From Pseudomonadota bacterium (GTDB lineage Bacteria > Pseudomonadota > Alphaproteobacteria > UBA11222): 64,000 nucleotides of DNA. The stretch lies in assembly GCA_036758605.1 (NCBI GenBank), contig DAIOWE010000001.1, forward strand, positions 935 through 64,934, written 5' to 3'. Within the stretch, counting starts at the first letter, position 1; each line of letters opens with the position of its first letter. The notes under the pieces were generated by a model. That model saw only the letters and a program-made list of their open reading frames with translations, made no database searches and was not told where the DNA came from. Positions 9,148 to 19,166 of this stretch are shown in pieces. A program made the translations under genes and the position numbers.

Positions 9148-10025
9148 AACCAGGTGATTTCGAATTTCTGGCAAACTTTCTGAAGAGCAGTTCCGGCCTC
9201 GTGCTAGGAGCTGACAAGATGTATCTGGTTGAAAGTCGGCTGTTGCCAATTACGCGCAAACGAAATCTGCCCGGCCTGACTGAACTTGTTCAAGAATTAC
9301 GGCTTGGAAAAGACCAAAGTCTTATCCAGGATGTCATGGAAGCAATGACCACGAATGAGTCATTTTTTTACCGTGATAAAATGCCTTTTGATAATTTACA
9401 CGCCGAGGTGTTGCCAAAATTTTTGATGGCTCGCCAATCACAGCGGCAATTGCGTATATGGTCTGCGGCGGCCTCAACCGGCCAGGAACCCTATTCCATT
9501 GCCATGATTTTGAAAGAAATGGCGGCGTCGTTTCAGGGGTGGCGTGTTGATATTATAGGCACAGATATTTCTAAAGAAGTCCTGGAAAAGGCGCGCGCAG
9601 GCATGTACAGCCAGTTCGAAGTACAGCGCGGTTTGCCAATTCAGATGCTGGTAAAATATTTCAAGCAAATTGGTGAAATGTGGCAGGTCGATGCTGCCTT
9701 GCGCGCCATGGTTCAGCTAAAGGAAGGCAATCTGCTTTCAAGTTTTTCCGGATTGGGAGCATTTGATATAATCTTCTGCCGGAATGTGCTGATCTATTTC
9801 GACCAGGCGACCAAGAAGGATGTGCTCGAACGTATGGCAAAGCAAATGCCGGACGATGGGGTTCTGTTTCTTGGTGCGGCGGAAACCGTACTTGGTTTAA
9901 CAAATTCTCTTGTCCCCATAAAGGGATTGCGCGGTGTGTATACCAAAGCATCGTCTGTTGCGGAGAAGAGTTTGCCAGCATCATCCGAGTTGAAGGCGCC
10001 CATTTGGGCTGGCTTGGCCAGATAG
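9144..10025 (+). CDS. cheR: Chemotaxis protein methyltransferase CheR.
   Basis: 293 aa; …FFYRDKMPFDNL…IWSAAASTGQEPYSIAM…DIIFCRNVLIYFD…. 4-nt overlap with the cheB stop. Confidence 0.9.
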   Translation: MKPGDFEFLANFLKSSSGLVLGADKMYLVESRLLPITRKRNLPGLTELVQELRLGKDQSLIQDVMEAMTTNESFFYRDKMPFDNLHAEVLPKFLMARQSQRQLRIWSAAASTGQEPYSIAMILKEMAASFQGWRVDIIGTDISKEVLEKARAGMYSQFEVQRGLPIQMLVKYFKQIGEMWQVDAALRAMVQLKEGNLLSSFSGLGAFDIIFCRNVLIYFDQATKKDVLERMAKQMPDDGVLFLGAAETVLGLTNSLVPIKGLRGVYTKASSVAEKSLPASSELKAPIWAGLAR

Positions 10026-10045
10026 CTCATTCAAAATTATTTTCA

Positions 10046-10083
10046 CAAAAAAACACCCCAGGCTTATTGGGGTGTTTTTTTTG
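10046..10083. terminator. Bidirectional rho-independent terminator between convergent cheR and ctrA.
   Basis: AAAAAAACACCCCAGGCTTATTGGGGTGTTTTTTTT: 6-7 bp GC stem flanked by an A-run and a T-run. Confidence 0.6.
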
Positions 10084-10099
10084 CTTATTTGGAAATGTG

Positions 10100-10807
10100 T
10101 CAGGCAGCTTTTTCTTTGCTAGCAACGGGCGATTCAGAATCGCGAAGAACGTAGCCGCGCCCCCAAACAGTTTCGATATAATGTTCAGAGCCGGTTGCCG
10201 CCGCCAATTTCTTGCGGAGCTTGCATATAAAGACGTCGATGATCTTGAGTTCGGGTTCATCCATCCCGCCATAAAGATGATTAAGGAACATTTCCTTGGT
10301 CAGCGTCGTTCCCTTGCGAAGCGAAAGCAGTTCGAGCATCGCATATTCCTTGCCGGTCAGATGAACCCGATGGCCATCAACTTCGACGGTCTTGGCGTCC
10401 AGGTTCACGGTCAATTGCCCGGTTTTGATTACAGACTGGGCGTGGCCCTGTGATCTGCGGACAATCGCATTAATACGGGCGATCATTTCATCCTTATGAA
10501 ATGGCTTGGTCATAAAGTCGTCAGCGCCGATGCCAAGCCCCTGAACCTTGCTTTCCATATCGGACAGACCGGAAAGAATTAAAATAGGCGTGGAAACCTT
10601 TGCCTGTCGCAGTTTTTTCAGAACGTCAAAGCCGCTCATGTCGGGCAGATTCAAATCGAGAATGATGATATCGTAGTCATAGAGCTTGCCTAAATCCAGG
10701 CCCTCCTCCCCCAAATCGGTAGTGTATAAATTAAAACCGGCCTGGTTAAGCATAAGTTCAATGCCCTGAGCTGTTGCGCTATCGTCTTCAATTAGGAGAA
10801 CTCGCAT
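10100..10807 (-). CDS. ctrA: Cell-cycle / motility master response regulator CtrA (OmpR family).
   Basis: [20 protein letters not shown]…[33 protein letters not shown]…[53 protein letters not shown] is near-identical over long stretches to the remembered Caulobacter CtrA. Confidence 0.9.
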   Translation of the reverse strand: MRVLLIEDDSATAQGIELMLNQAGFNLYTTDLGEEGLDLGKLYDYDIIILDLNLPDMSGFDVLKKLRQAKVSTPILILSGLSDMESKVQGLGIGADDFMTKPFHKDEMIARINAIVRRSQGHAQSVIKTGQLTVNLDAKTVEVDGHRVHLTGKEYAMLELLSLRKGTTLTKEMFLNHLYGGMDEPELKIIDVFICKLRKKLAAATGSEHYIETVWGRGYVLRDSESPVASKEKAA

Positions 10808-11031
10808 GGCTTTTTTTCCCGAGATGTCGTTTGGTTAATAGCAACATAAGGCAAAAAGGTTAAAAAAGGTTAACAACAATTATTTTTATTCCCAATTTTT
10901 TCGACCTGAAGTGAACAAATAAAAAATTATAAGCGTTTGTATTAATTTATATAATTAGCTCTTTACGTGGTCTTAAGTGGTTTCTCCTATTCTCCCGATT
11001 CAATGATTAAACTATTTACGGCGGTATTGGC
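10808..11031. promoter_or_regulatory. AT-rich divergent ctrA / fliI control region. Contains a tandem AAAAGGTTAA direct repeat giving TTAA-N6-TTAAC (10860-10874).
   Basis: About 70% AT in a GC-rich genome. CtrA-half-site-like TTAAC motifs 50-65 nt upstream of the ctrA ATG. Confidence 0.35.
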
Positions 11032-12336
11032 TTGCAATCCTTACTAGCAGAAATCGAACGAATCCAACCCTATAGCTATTATGGACGGGTTGTCAGTGTG
11101 CAGGGCCTGTTGATCGAGGTTAGCGGCATCCATTCTGTTAGTGTTGGGGCCCGCGGTGTGATTCACGCCCGTGACACCCAGGAAATAGGCTGCGAAATTG
11201 TCGGTTTTAGGCAGGAACGCGCTCTTTGCATGGCGTTTGGGCCGCTTGAAGGCATTGGTTTGGGCTGTAAGGTGGTCATCACGTCTCATGATCCGTCGAT
11301 TCGGCCGGCTAAAAACTGGCTTGGAAGAGTTATCAACGCGATGGGGGAGCCCATTGACGGCAAGGGGCCGCTGGGCGCCGGTCCTGCCGGTTATGCGCTG
11401 CGGGCAAGCCCCCCTCCGGCGCATTCCCGTCAGGTTGTTGGACGCAAGCTTAACCTTGGGGTCAGGGCGATTAACAGTTTTGCGACTTGTTGCCGGGGAC
11501 AGCGCATGGGCATTTTTGCGGGCTCCGGTGTTGGGAAATCGGTCCTGCTATCAATGCTTGCGAAAAACACCGATTCAGATGTCACGGTGATAGGGCTTAT
11601 AGGTGAACGTGGCCGTGAGGTGCGGGAGTTCATAGAAGAAAATCTGGGTGAGGAAGGACTTAAGCGCAGCGTAATCATCGTCGCGACGTCGGATGAGCCG
11701 GCCTTGATGCGGCGTCAGGCCGCTTATGTGACAATGGCCACGGCCGAATATTTTCGTGATCAGGAATTAGATGTTTTGTGCCTGATGGATTCCGTTACCC
11801 GTTTTGCAATGGCTCAGCGCGAAATTGGCCTTTCCAGCGGAGAGCCTCCAACAAGCAAGGGATATACGCCGACGGTATTTTCAGAATTACCGAAGCTGCT
11901 TGAAAGGGCCGGGCCCGGTATATCCAAAGGAAGTATCACTGGATTATTCACGGTGCTGGTTGAAGGGGATGACCATAATGAACCGGTTGCAGATGCGGTC
12001 CGTTCTATTCTGGATGGGCATATTGTTCTGGAACGCGCCATTGCGGAACGTGGACGTTATCCGGCGATAAATGTTTTGCGTTCAGTTTCTCGTACCATGC
12101 CGAAATGTAATTCACCTGAAGAGACTAAATTGATCATCCGTGCAAGAAAACTTCTGGCGGTTTATGAAGACATGGCGGAAATGGTTCGCCTTGGTGCATA
12201 TCGCGCCGGCGCGGACATAGAAGTTGATGAGGCCGTGAAGCGGTTTCCATTGCTCGACAGGTTTTTAGAACAGAAGCCCGATGAGCTTACTGCGTTTGAT
12301 GCGGAATTTTCGTATCTGGCGGAAATACTCGGTTAG
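11032..12336 (+). CDS. fliI: Flagellum-specific ATPase FliI (TTG start).
   Basis: Walker [14 protein letters not shown]; …ERGREVREF…; overall F1-beta/FliI pattern. Confidence 0.9.
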   Translation: MQSLLAEIERIQPYSYYGRVVSVQGLLIEVSGIHSVSVGARGVIHARDTQEIGCEIVGFRQERALCMAFGPLEGIGLGCKVVITSHDPSIRPAKNWLGRVINAMGEPIDGKGPLGAGPAGYALRASPPPAHSRQVVGRKLNLGVRAINSFATCCRGQRMGIFAGSGVGKSVLLSMLAKNTDSDVTVIGLIGERGREVREFIEENLGEEGLKRSVIIVATSDEPALMRRQAAYVTMATAEYFRDQELDVLCLMDSVTRFAMAQREIGLSSGEPPTSKGYTPTVFSELPKLLERAGPGISKGSITGLFTVLVEGDDHNEPVADAVRSILDGHIVLERAIAERGRYPAINVLRSVSRTMPKCNSPEETKLIIRARKLLAVYEDMAEMVRLGAYRAGADIEVDEAVKRFPLLDRFLEQKPDELTAFDAEFSYLAEILG

Positions 12337-12349
12337 TTAGGTACTGTAA

Positions 12350-12784
12350 ATGAAAACACGCAACACTCTTGTCCGCTTGCACAAGTGGCAGGTCGATGAA
12401 AAGCGCAAGCGCCTGGCGGAACTCTATGCATCTCGCGCGGATTTTGAGAAAAGAATGCAGGCGGTGGAAATTTCTATTGTCCGGGAGCAGGCGTTCATCA
12501 ACTCGGAAACCGGAATTCATGGCGATGTAGGTTTTTCTTACGGCGCATTTGCACAGGCCGCTATCATGCAGCGCGAAAATATCCAGAGATCCATTCAGTC
12601 AATTGATGAAATGATTGTTGAAGCGCTGGAATCTGTTGGTGAAGCTTACAAGGCGCTTAAGCGGCAGGAGATTGCCGCCGCCAACCAGGCATCCCGGAAA
12701 ATAAAAGAACGGGATCGTTTGGAGCAGATTGCAAGCGACGATCAGGCGGTTGAAAGCCATCAACGCAAAGCATCCGGGAAATAA
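12350..12784 (+). CDS. fliJ: Flagellar export chaperone FliJ (coiled-coil).
   Basis: 144 aa charged coiled-coil protein immediately after fliI; MKTRNTLVRLHKWQVDEKRKRLAEL… fits the FliJ family. Confidence 0.6.
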   Translation: MKTRNTLVRLHKWQVDEKRKRLAELYASRADFEKRMQAVEISIVREQAFINSETGIHGDVGFSYGAFAQAAIMQRENIQRSIQSIDEMIVEALESVGEAYKALKRQEIAAANQASRKIKERDRLEQIASDDQAVESHQRKASGK

Positions 12785-12913
12785 TTATTATAAAAAAAAC
12801 AGGCGTACTTTACGCAGCAAAATTAACAATCCGGTTCATGGGCGGATTTTCATGCGTTGTCGCTGTAATGTGCAGGATAATTTCCATGCTGTCCTGGGCG
12901 GGGATCGCGTGCA

Positions 12914-13807
12914 TCATATCAGGCCCCGTGGCGTCCGCGTTTGCAGTGACGCTGCAATCTGCTGAACCTGCTGGGCAGATTCACTTTGCGGATAACGCGC
13001 CAGAAGCGGTGCCTGCGCGCGGATCGCCTGGGTAACGTGCTTGTCCCGGATGATATAACCCGCCATTTTTGGGGTAAATTGCAGAAAATGTTCGCAGGCG
13101 CGATGTACAGCACCGAAAGTTTTTTCGGCCTGTGTCCTGCTGTCCGCCATATTCACAATAATTCGAATATCCAGTTCAGGGTGTGTCATTGCAAGAAATT
13201 TTATCATCGCATATGCATCGGTGATTGATGTGGGATCATCCGTTACGACGATCAGCGCCTTTCCGATGCGGGAAAATAAAGGCATCATGTGGCTGTTCAT
13301 TCCGGCAGCCAGGTCCACGATCAAATGATCATACTGGATGGCAGCCTTTATCAGGTCGCTGCACAATGTTTCAATCTGCCTGCGGCTCAAAGTGTCCAAT
13401 GCGCCGGAACCAGATCTTCCTGCCAGCACATCAAAGCCCATTGCGGCACGATGCGTGGATACGCTGCCGACGCTCGCGGGTAACGCTCCGCCCGAAAAAG
13501 CGGATATGGCGCCGGCGAAGCTGATTTTACCGGCCACGACACTTGCCAGGTCATGTATGGGGGACATGGCAAGCTGCACATCCACATTGGCCAATCCCAG
13601 GTCGCCATCTACCAGTAATACACGGTTCCCAAAACCGGCCAATGCCTGTGATAAAGTAATTGAAAACCAGGTTTTTCCGACGCCGCCTTTGCCGGATGCA
13701 ACAGCAATAAGATTGCTTTGCCGCGCCAATGCGCGCCTGCTGGAATTAATTTCTCCGTCGACAGATAATATTCTCGCGGGTGAGGTCAATACGGGTTCCT
13801 CCGTCAT
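12914..13807 (-). CDS. flhG: MinD/ParA-type ATPase FlhG (FleN/MotR-like flagellar number regulator).
   Basis: Deviant Walker A AVASGKGGVGKTWFS; …LLVDGDLGLANVDV…. Start is ATGA-coupled to the flhF stop. Confidence 0.8.
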   Translation of the reverse strand: MTEEPVLTSPARILSVDGEINSSRRALARQSNLIAVASGKGGVGKTWFSITLSQALAGFGNRVLLVDGDLGLANVDVQLAMSPIHDLASVVAGKISFAGAISAFSGGALPASVGSVSTHRAAMGFDVLAGRSGSGALDTLSRRQIETLCSDLIKAAIQYDHLIVDLAAGMNSHMMPLFSRIGKALIVVTDDPTSITDAYAMIKFLAMTHPELDIRIIVNMADSRTQAEKTFGAVHRACEHFLQFTPKMAGYIIRDKHVTQAIRAQAPLLARYPQSESAQQVQQIAASLQTRTPRGLI

Positions 13808-14796
13808 TGTGCGGCCTGCTCCAGTTCTAAAAATGATTCATGTTCTGCCGGATCCTCGAGCAAAAGGCGTGCTAGTGCGACCGGTGTTATTGAGGCCAGG
13901 CCATTCGCCACAAAAGGCGTAATGCTGACATGATGCAGTGTCATGGCTGCGGCCTCAAGTGCACCTAATATGCTTCCTAACCGTCTTGTTACATCCAGTT
14001 TTGTAACAATCATGCCACGGGCGCCAAGGCCGGAAAAAATGTTGACGATCTCACATGCTTCAACAGAATCGCCACCGGCAGGCAGCACCAGAACCGGATC
14101 GCAATCAACAGCCATGACAAGGTTTCTGAGAGACTTTAGCTCAGTCAAATTAAACGGAGACGTTCCGACAGTATCAATAATGCAATTTTTTATACTCTGC
14201 TTTGAATCTAATAAGGCGGCCAATTCCATGCCGTCGGCGGCCCGGTGCATCGGTACATTCATAGATCTTGCATAAGCTTCAAGCTGCTCTGCGCCGCCAG
14301 TACGGACCAGGTCAGTTGTAATCAGCATCGTCTCGTTACCTGCAAGAACCGATCGTGCGGCGAGTTTTGCAGCGGTAAGGGTTTTACCGGCGCCAGTTGG
14401 TCCAATTAATAAAATAGGCCGCACGGGATGTATTGGAATAGAAGCAAAATCGTAACGCAACTCCAGAGCCGCAGCCAGGGCCTGTACCGGATTACAGGCT
14501 GCCATTGTTCCCAGTGTTTCCAGTAGCATGGCGTTAATTGCTTGTGGTGCGCGATGAAAGGTTAGGGCGTTTTCTATACCGTCAAATGTGTCTTGATGTT
14601 TCCCATCTAAAAAGGGGGCCTGCATTTCCTGAAATTGCGGGTTTTCCGGAGAGGAATGTTCGACTGCTGCGCGTATGGAAACCTTGCCATTGCTTGTGCA
14701 CTCGCTACTCAGGATTATCGCATCAGGGCCTAGCGTCGCGCGCAATTCTGCCATTGCGGCTTCCATGGTTGCTGCGGTAATCGTTCTAAAGCGCAC
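13804..14796 (-). CDS. flhF: Flagellar biosynthesis SRP-type GTPase FlhF (GTG start).
   Basis: N-terminus MRFRTITAATMEAAMAELRATLGPDAIIL matches the FlhF B-domain start. G-domain LLIGPTGAGKTLTAAKLAA…DTVGTS. Confidence 0.85.
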   Translation of the reverse strand: MRFRTITAATMEAAMAELRATLGPDAIILSSECTSNGKVSIRAAVEHSSPENPQFQEMQAPFLDGKHQDTFDGIENALTFHRAPQAINAMLLETLGTMAACNPVQALAAALELRYDFASIPIHPVRPILLIGPTGAGKTLTAAKLAARSVLAGNETMLITTDLVRTGGAEQLEAYARSMNVPMHRAADGMELAALLDSKQSIKNCIIDTVGTSPFNLTELKSLRNLVMAVDCDPVLVLPAGGDSVEACEIVNIFSGLGARGMIVTKLDVTRRLGSILGALEAAAMTLHHVSITPFVANGLASITPVALARLLLEDPAEHESFLELEQAAQ

Positions 14797-14810
14797 TTTT
14801 TTGGTTTTCC

Positions 14811-16922
14811 CTATATTTGCCCAATGGTGCGGATTTTAGCTTGCGGATGGATTTCATTTTGAGAGACGACGCTCGTTTGGGGGCGGAAGCGTTCCACAAT
14901 CGAACGTACGAAAGGACGGATGAATGGGCTGCACAGCAGGGCAGGGACCTGTCCTGCCTCGGCGGCCTGATCAAATTTCAGACGCACTGCACCAATAAAT
15001 TCCTGCAACCGGCTTGGCTGCATCGCCAATTGCCGGTCATCACCCTGGCCAATAATTGATTCCGCAAAGATTTGTTCCCATTCTGGTGACAGGCTGATTA
15101 GCAGTACATATCCGCTGGGACCAATATTCTGATGGCATATCTGGCGCGCCAGCCGTGCACGGACATGTTCGTTGATGGCCCCGATATTCTGACTAAATCC
15201 AACTGCTTCAGAAATACCTTCCAGTATGGTAGGCAGGTCACGAATTGAAACGCGCTCGGCAAGAAGAAGTTGCAGTATGCGCTGAATACCCGACAGGGTG
15301 ATTTGTGACGGCGAAATATCATCCAGCAATTTTTGGTGTGCCGGTGGCAGATCATCCAGCAATTTCCGCGTCTCGCCATAGGAGAGCAATTCACGCATGT
15401 TTTGCTGTACGGTTTCTGTCAGATGGGTCGTAATCACCGTGGGCGGATCGACGACCGTATAGCCGCGGAACGAAGCTTCCTCGCGCAGGGATTCGTCAAT
15501 CCACATTGCCGGCATTCCAAATGTAGGCTCTTTTGTTTCCACACCCGGCAGATCAATTGGCGCGCCACGGGGGTCCATTACCAGCAAATGGCCAATTCTA
15601 AGTTCACCACTTCCGGATTCAACTTCCTTTACGCGGATAACATAGCCGTTGGCAGGAAGCTGAATATTATCCAGAATTCGCACAGAGGGCATGACAAACC
15701 CCATTTCCGATGCAATCTGTCTGCGTAACGCCTTAATCTGATCCGTCAACGGATGATTGCCTTGCTCATTGATAAGCGGAAGCAAGCCATAGCCAAGTTC
15801 AAGGCGTAAATCATCTATTGCGAGCGCCGTTTGAATGGGCTCGTCAGTTGTCGGTGTTTGCGCTGCCTTGATTTGCTCGTCTGCAATGGTTTCCAATGCC
15901 TCGCGTTTGCTTTTGGTGACGTACCATGCCAGCCAGCCAGAACCCACCGATAACACAAAGAAGGGAAAAAATGGCATTCCGGGAAGCAATCCCATAAGTC
16001 CGAGCAGGAACGAGGACAGGCCAAGCGCCTGCGGATAGCCCGAAAGCTGGGTGACCAATACCTTGTCGGCGGCGCCGCTTACACCGGCTTTTGAAACCAG
16101 CAAACCCGCTGCTGTCGAAACAATAAGAGCAGGAATTTGCGTTACCAGGCCATCGCCGACTGTCAGCGTGGTGTAGGAGCTTCCTGCCTCTGTGAGGCTA
16201 AGGCCTTTTTGTGCAACACCAATAATGATGCCGCCAATTACATTGATAAAGGTAATCATCAACCCTGCAATGGCGTCACCACGCACAAATTTGGCGGCGC
16301 CGTCCATTGCGCCAAAGAACGAGGATTCATCCTCCAGTTCTTTGCGGCGGAATTTCGCGGTGCTTTCATCTATCAAGCCCGCACTTAAATCGGCATCAAT
16401 AGCCATCTGTTTACCAGGCATCGCGTCCAAGCTAAAGCGTGCGGCAACTTCGGCAATGCGGCCGGAACCTTTTGTGATTACGACAAAGTTTACAATCATC
16501 AATATGGCGAACACGATAATGCCGATGACGAAGTTTCCCTCCATCACCAGATTGCCAAAAGCATGAATGACCTGACCGGCGGCTTCGGTTCCTGCATGTC
16601 CCTCGGCAAGAATTAATCTTGTGGAAGCGAGATTAAGTGACAAACGAAGCATTGTTGAAATCAGCAAAATAATTGGAAAAGCGCTGAAATCCAGTGGTTT
16701 TTCAATAAACAGCGACGTCATCAAAATTAGCACGGAGAATGTAATCGATAGTGTGAGCGCAAAATCCAGCAGCCATGCCGGAAGGGGTATAATCAAAACC
16801 ACCAGAATGCCGATAATACCCAACGCAATGCCAATATCGCCACGCATTGTGGCGAGACGCACGCTGGTCATCAGTCCGCCCAGGGTAAGACCGGTGACTG
16901 GAGATGCGGGGCTATCACTCAT
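14811..16922 (-). CDS. flhA: Flagellar export apparatus protein FlhA.
   Basis: 703 aa; N-terminal membrane domain (…FPIILLISTMLRLSLNLASTRLIL…) plus cytoplasmic FlhA_C domain. Confidence 0.95.
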   Translation of the reverse strand: MSDSPASPVTGLTLGGLMTSVRLATMRGDIGIALGIIGILVVLIIPLPAWLLDFALTLSITFSVLILMTSLFIEKPLDFSAFPIILLISTMLRLSLNLASTRLILAEGHAGTEAAGQVIHAFGNLVMEGNFVIGIIVFAILMIVNFVVITKGSGRIAEVAARFSLDAMPGKQMAIDADLSAGLIDESTAKFRRKELEDESSFFGAMDGAAKFVRGDAIAGLMITFINVIGGIIIGVAQKGLSLTEAGSSYTTLTVGDGLVTQIPALIVSTAAGLLVSKAGVSGAADKVLVTQLSGYPQALGLSSFLLGLMGLLPGMPFFPFFVLSVGSGWLAWYVTKSKREALETIADEQIKAAQTPTTDEPIQTALAIDDLRLELGYGLLPLINEQGNHPLTDQIKALRRQIASEMGFVMPSVRILDNIQLPANGYVIRVKEVESGSGELRIGHLLVMDPRGAPIDLPGVETKEPTFGMPAMWIDESLREEASFRGYTVVDPPTVITTHLTETVQQNMRELLSYGETRKLLDDLPPAHQKLLDDISPSQITLSGIQRILQLLLAERVSIRDLPTILEGISEAVGFSQNIGAINEHVRARLARQICHQNIGPSGYVLLISLSPEWEQIFAESIIGQGDDRQLAMQPSRLQEFIGAVRLKFDQAAEAGQVPALLCSPFIRPFVRSIVERFRPQTSVVSQNEIHPQAKIRTIGQI

Positions 16923-16964
16923 ATTATGTTTCTACCATGACGAATGGAACTGTGTATTTCCTCA

Positions 16965-18350
16965 TCATGCAGAAACACGATCCACGGAATCTCCGGCCGG
17001 GGCGGGAATATTTATCCCCGTATCACGGTACGCATTCAGCTTGTTACGCAACGTCCTGATGGATATGCCAAGTATGTTTGCCGCATGTGTGCGGTTTCCA
17101 AGGCAATGATTGAGCGTATTCAGGATTAAATCCTGCTCTACATCCGCGACAGTGCGTCCAACCATGCCGCGCACTGTGTCTTCAGCTGTGGATGCTGCGC
17201 GAGCCGCCGGTCCAGTAGCGATGGCAGCGTGCGCGGGATATTGCTGTGTTGACCCATCAGGCAGAACAATGGCTTCCGGTTCTATCTCACTCATCTGAGA
17301 AAGTAACAATGCGCGATGAATGGTGTTTTCCAATTCACGAACATTACCTCTCCAGGGGTGCGCCTGCAGCAGGTGGCGGCTCTTTTCAGAAATAGGTTTC
17401 TGGGGCAGCCCGTTTGACTTGGCATATTTTTCTACAAAATATTTAGCCAAGGCAATAATGTCGCCCGGCCGTGCCCGCAATGGCGGGATAGAAAGATTTA
17501 CAACATTCAAACGGTACAGCAAATCCTCACGGAAAGTGCCATTGCGCACCGCCTGCAACAAATCAACGTTTGATGTGGCGATAACCCGGATATTCACCTT
17601 GATAGGTTTGCCGCCGCCGACGCGGTCAATTTCACGTTCCTGTAATGCGCGAAGCAGTTTTGCCTGTAACCGCACATCCATTTCACTAATTTCATCAAGC
17701 AGGATCGTGCCGCCTTCGGCCTCTTCGAATTTACCGATGCGCCGCGCGATAGCACCCGTGAAAGCGCCTTTTTCATGCCCGAATAATTCTGATTCCAGCA
17801 GGTTTTCCGGAATGGCAGCGCAGTTAACTGAAATAAACGGCATATCCGACCGCTTGGATTTTCTATGTACATAGCGGGCCATTACTTCTTTGCCCGTGCC
17901 GGATTCGCCGGTTATCAGAATGCTGGCCTCGCTGGGCGCAACCTGATCCGCCATGCGCAAGACGGCGGCCATGGCTGCATCGGAATAAATCACCTTGTGT
18001 GTTTCATCAGAAACCGCCTCCAGTATTGCCGCGATAAGAACGGCATCTGGGGGCAGTGGAATATATTCCTTGGCGCCAGCGCGAATGGCATTTGCCGCTT
18101 GTTCGCTGTCCGCATTAATTCCACATGCCGCTACCGGAACATGAATATGTTCAGCATCAAGCTGTTTGATCAAACGTGCAATATCAAGATTGACATCAAC
18201 CATCAACAGATCGGCCCCACGGCCGTCACGTAGCGCAACGAGAGCATCATCTATATTGCCGGCAATAGATACTTTAGCTCCTTTTTCTATGGCTATTTTG
18301 GACGCGGCCCCCATCTCGCCATTCATATTTCCTATAATCAGTATACGCAT
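16965..18350 (-). CDS. flbD: Sigma54-dependent flagellar transcriptional activator FlbD (FleQ/FlrA class).
   Basis: REC-like N-terminus MRILIIGNMNGEM…GADLLMVDVNLDIA…HVPVAACGI…AGAKEYIPLPPD closely resembles Caulobacter FlbD. AAA+ domain GESGTGKEV…GAFTGA…, C-terminal HTH. Strong RBS AAGGAGAT. Confidence 0.85.
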   Translation of the reverse strand: MRILIIGNMNGEMGAASKIAIEKGAKVSIAGNIDDALVALRDGRGADLLMVDVNLDIARLIKQLDAEHIHVPVAACGINADSEQAANAIRAGAKEYIPLPPDAVLIAAILEAVSDETHKVIYSDAAMAAVLRMADQVAPSEASILITGESGTGKEVMARYVHRKSKRSDMPFISVNCAAIPENLLESELFGHEKGAFTGAIARRIGKFEEAEGGTILLDEISEMDVRLQAKLLRALQEREIDRVGGGKPIKVNIRVIATSNVDLLQAVRNGTFREDLLYRLNVVNLSIPPLRARPGDIIALAKYFVEKYAKSNGLPQKPISEKSRHLLQAHPWRGNVRELENTIHRALLLSQMSEIEPEAIVLPDGSTQQYPAHAAIATGPAARAASTAEDTVRGMVGRTVADVEQDLILNTLNHCLGNRTHAANILGISIRTLRNKLNAYRDTGINIPAPAGDSVDRVSA

Positions 18351-18374
18351 CTTTATATCTCCTTATGACGGTCA

Positions 18375-19142
18375 TTAATCGAAATAGCGGACGCGCTTCG
18401 CCGGTGGCAAGATAGAATTAATCAGCATTTCAAGTCGTCTTGGACTTTCCTGACGGCTTATTGAAGCAGCGCCAAGGGCATAAATATTCAGCACCATGGC
18501 TTCATTCGCGGAATTCCGTTCAAGCTTTGATGCAAGCGGCGCCAGCACCATATTTGACAAGACCGCGCCATATAATGTGGTCAACAACGCCAATGCCATG
18601 GCCGGACCGATGCTTTCCGGCTGCTGTAAATTTCCGAGAAGTTGAACCAGCCCCAAAAGCGTTCCTATAAGGCCCATGGCTGGGGCAACTTCAGCAGCGC
18701 GCCGCAGCACCCCGGCGCTACGATTGTGGCGGTTTACCATGGCAGCCACTTCCTGACGCAGTATGCGCTCTACCTCAGCAGGCGGAATTCCGTCCAGCAT
18801 CATCGCAAATCCATGCGCCAGCATGGGTTTGTCATTAATTGATTTCATCAGCCGTTCGATATCCTTTTCGCCTTGACGGCGAGCACGCTCGGAAATCGCA
18901 ATGACTTCGCGCGCGATGCTTTGAATGTCATCGCGTGCAGTAAAAATGGTTTGCAATATCATGCGCTGTGTATTCATAATTTCTGGAATCGAATAGGAAA
19001 TCATTGTCACGGTGACGGTCCCGCCCATTACTATGAGTAGTGAAGGGATGTCGATAAATGCGATAGCGGAACCGCCAAGCAAGATGGCAATGAACAATAA
19101 AATGATGCCGCCGCCAAGGCCAAGAACTGTTGCGAAATCCAT
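18375..19142 (-). CDS. motA: Flagellar stator protein MotA/PomA family.
   Basis: 255 aa, 4 TM. …AAEVAPAMGLIGTLLGLVQLLGNL… is typical of the MotA/TolQ/ExbB channel family. Confidence 0.8.
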   Translation of the reverse strand: MDFATVLGLGGGIILLFIAILLGGSAIAFIDIPSLLIVMGGTVTVTMISYSIPEIMNTQRMILQTIFTARDDIQSIAREVIAISERARRQGEKDIERLMKSINDKPMLAHGFAMMLDGIPPAEVERILRQEVAAMVNRHNRSAGVLRRAAEVAPAMGLIGTLLGLVQLLGNLQQPESIGPAMALALLTTLYGAVLSNMVLAPLASKLERNSANEAMVLNIYALGAASISRQESPRRLEMLINSILPPAKRVRYFD

Positions 19143-19166
19143 TTTCCAATACTCCAGATCCAGAAA

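Noticed and set aside
12785-12913. Possible terminator or small RNA between convergent fliJ and flhG.
   Set aside because: Only a 5-bp GCGTA/TACGC stem with A-rich flanks. It is too weak to call, and no conserved structure is evident.
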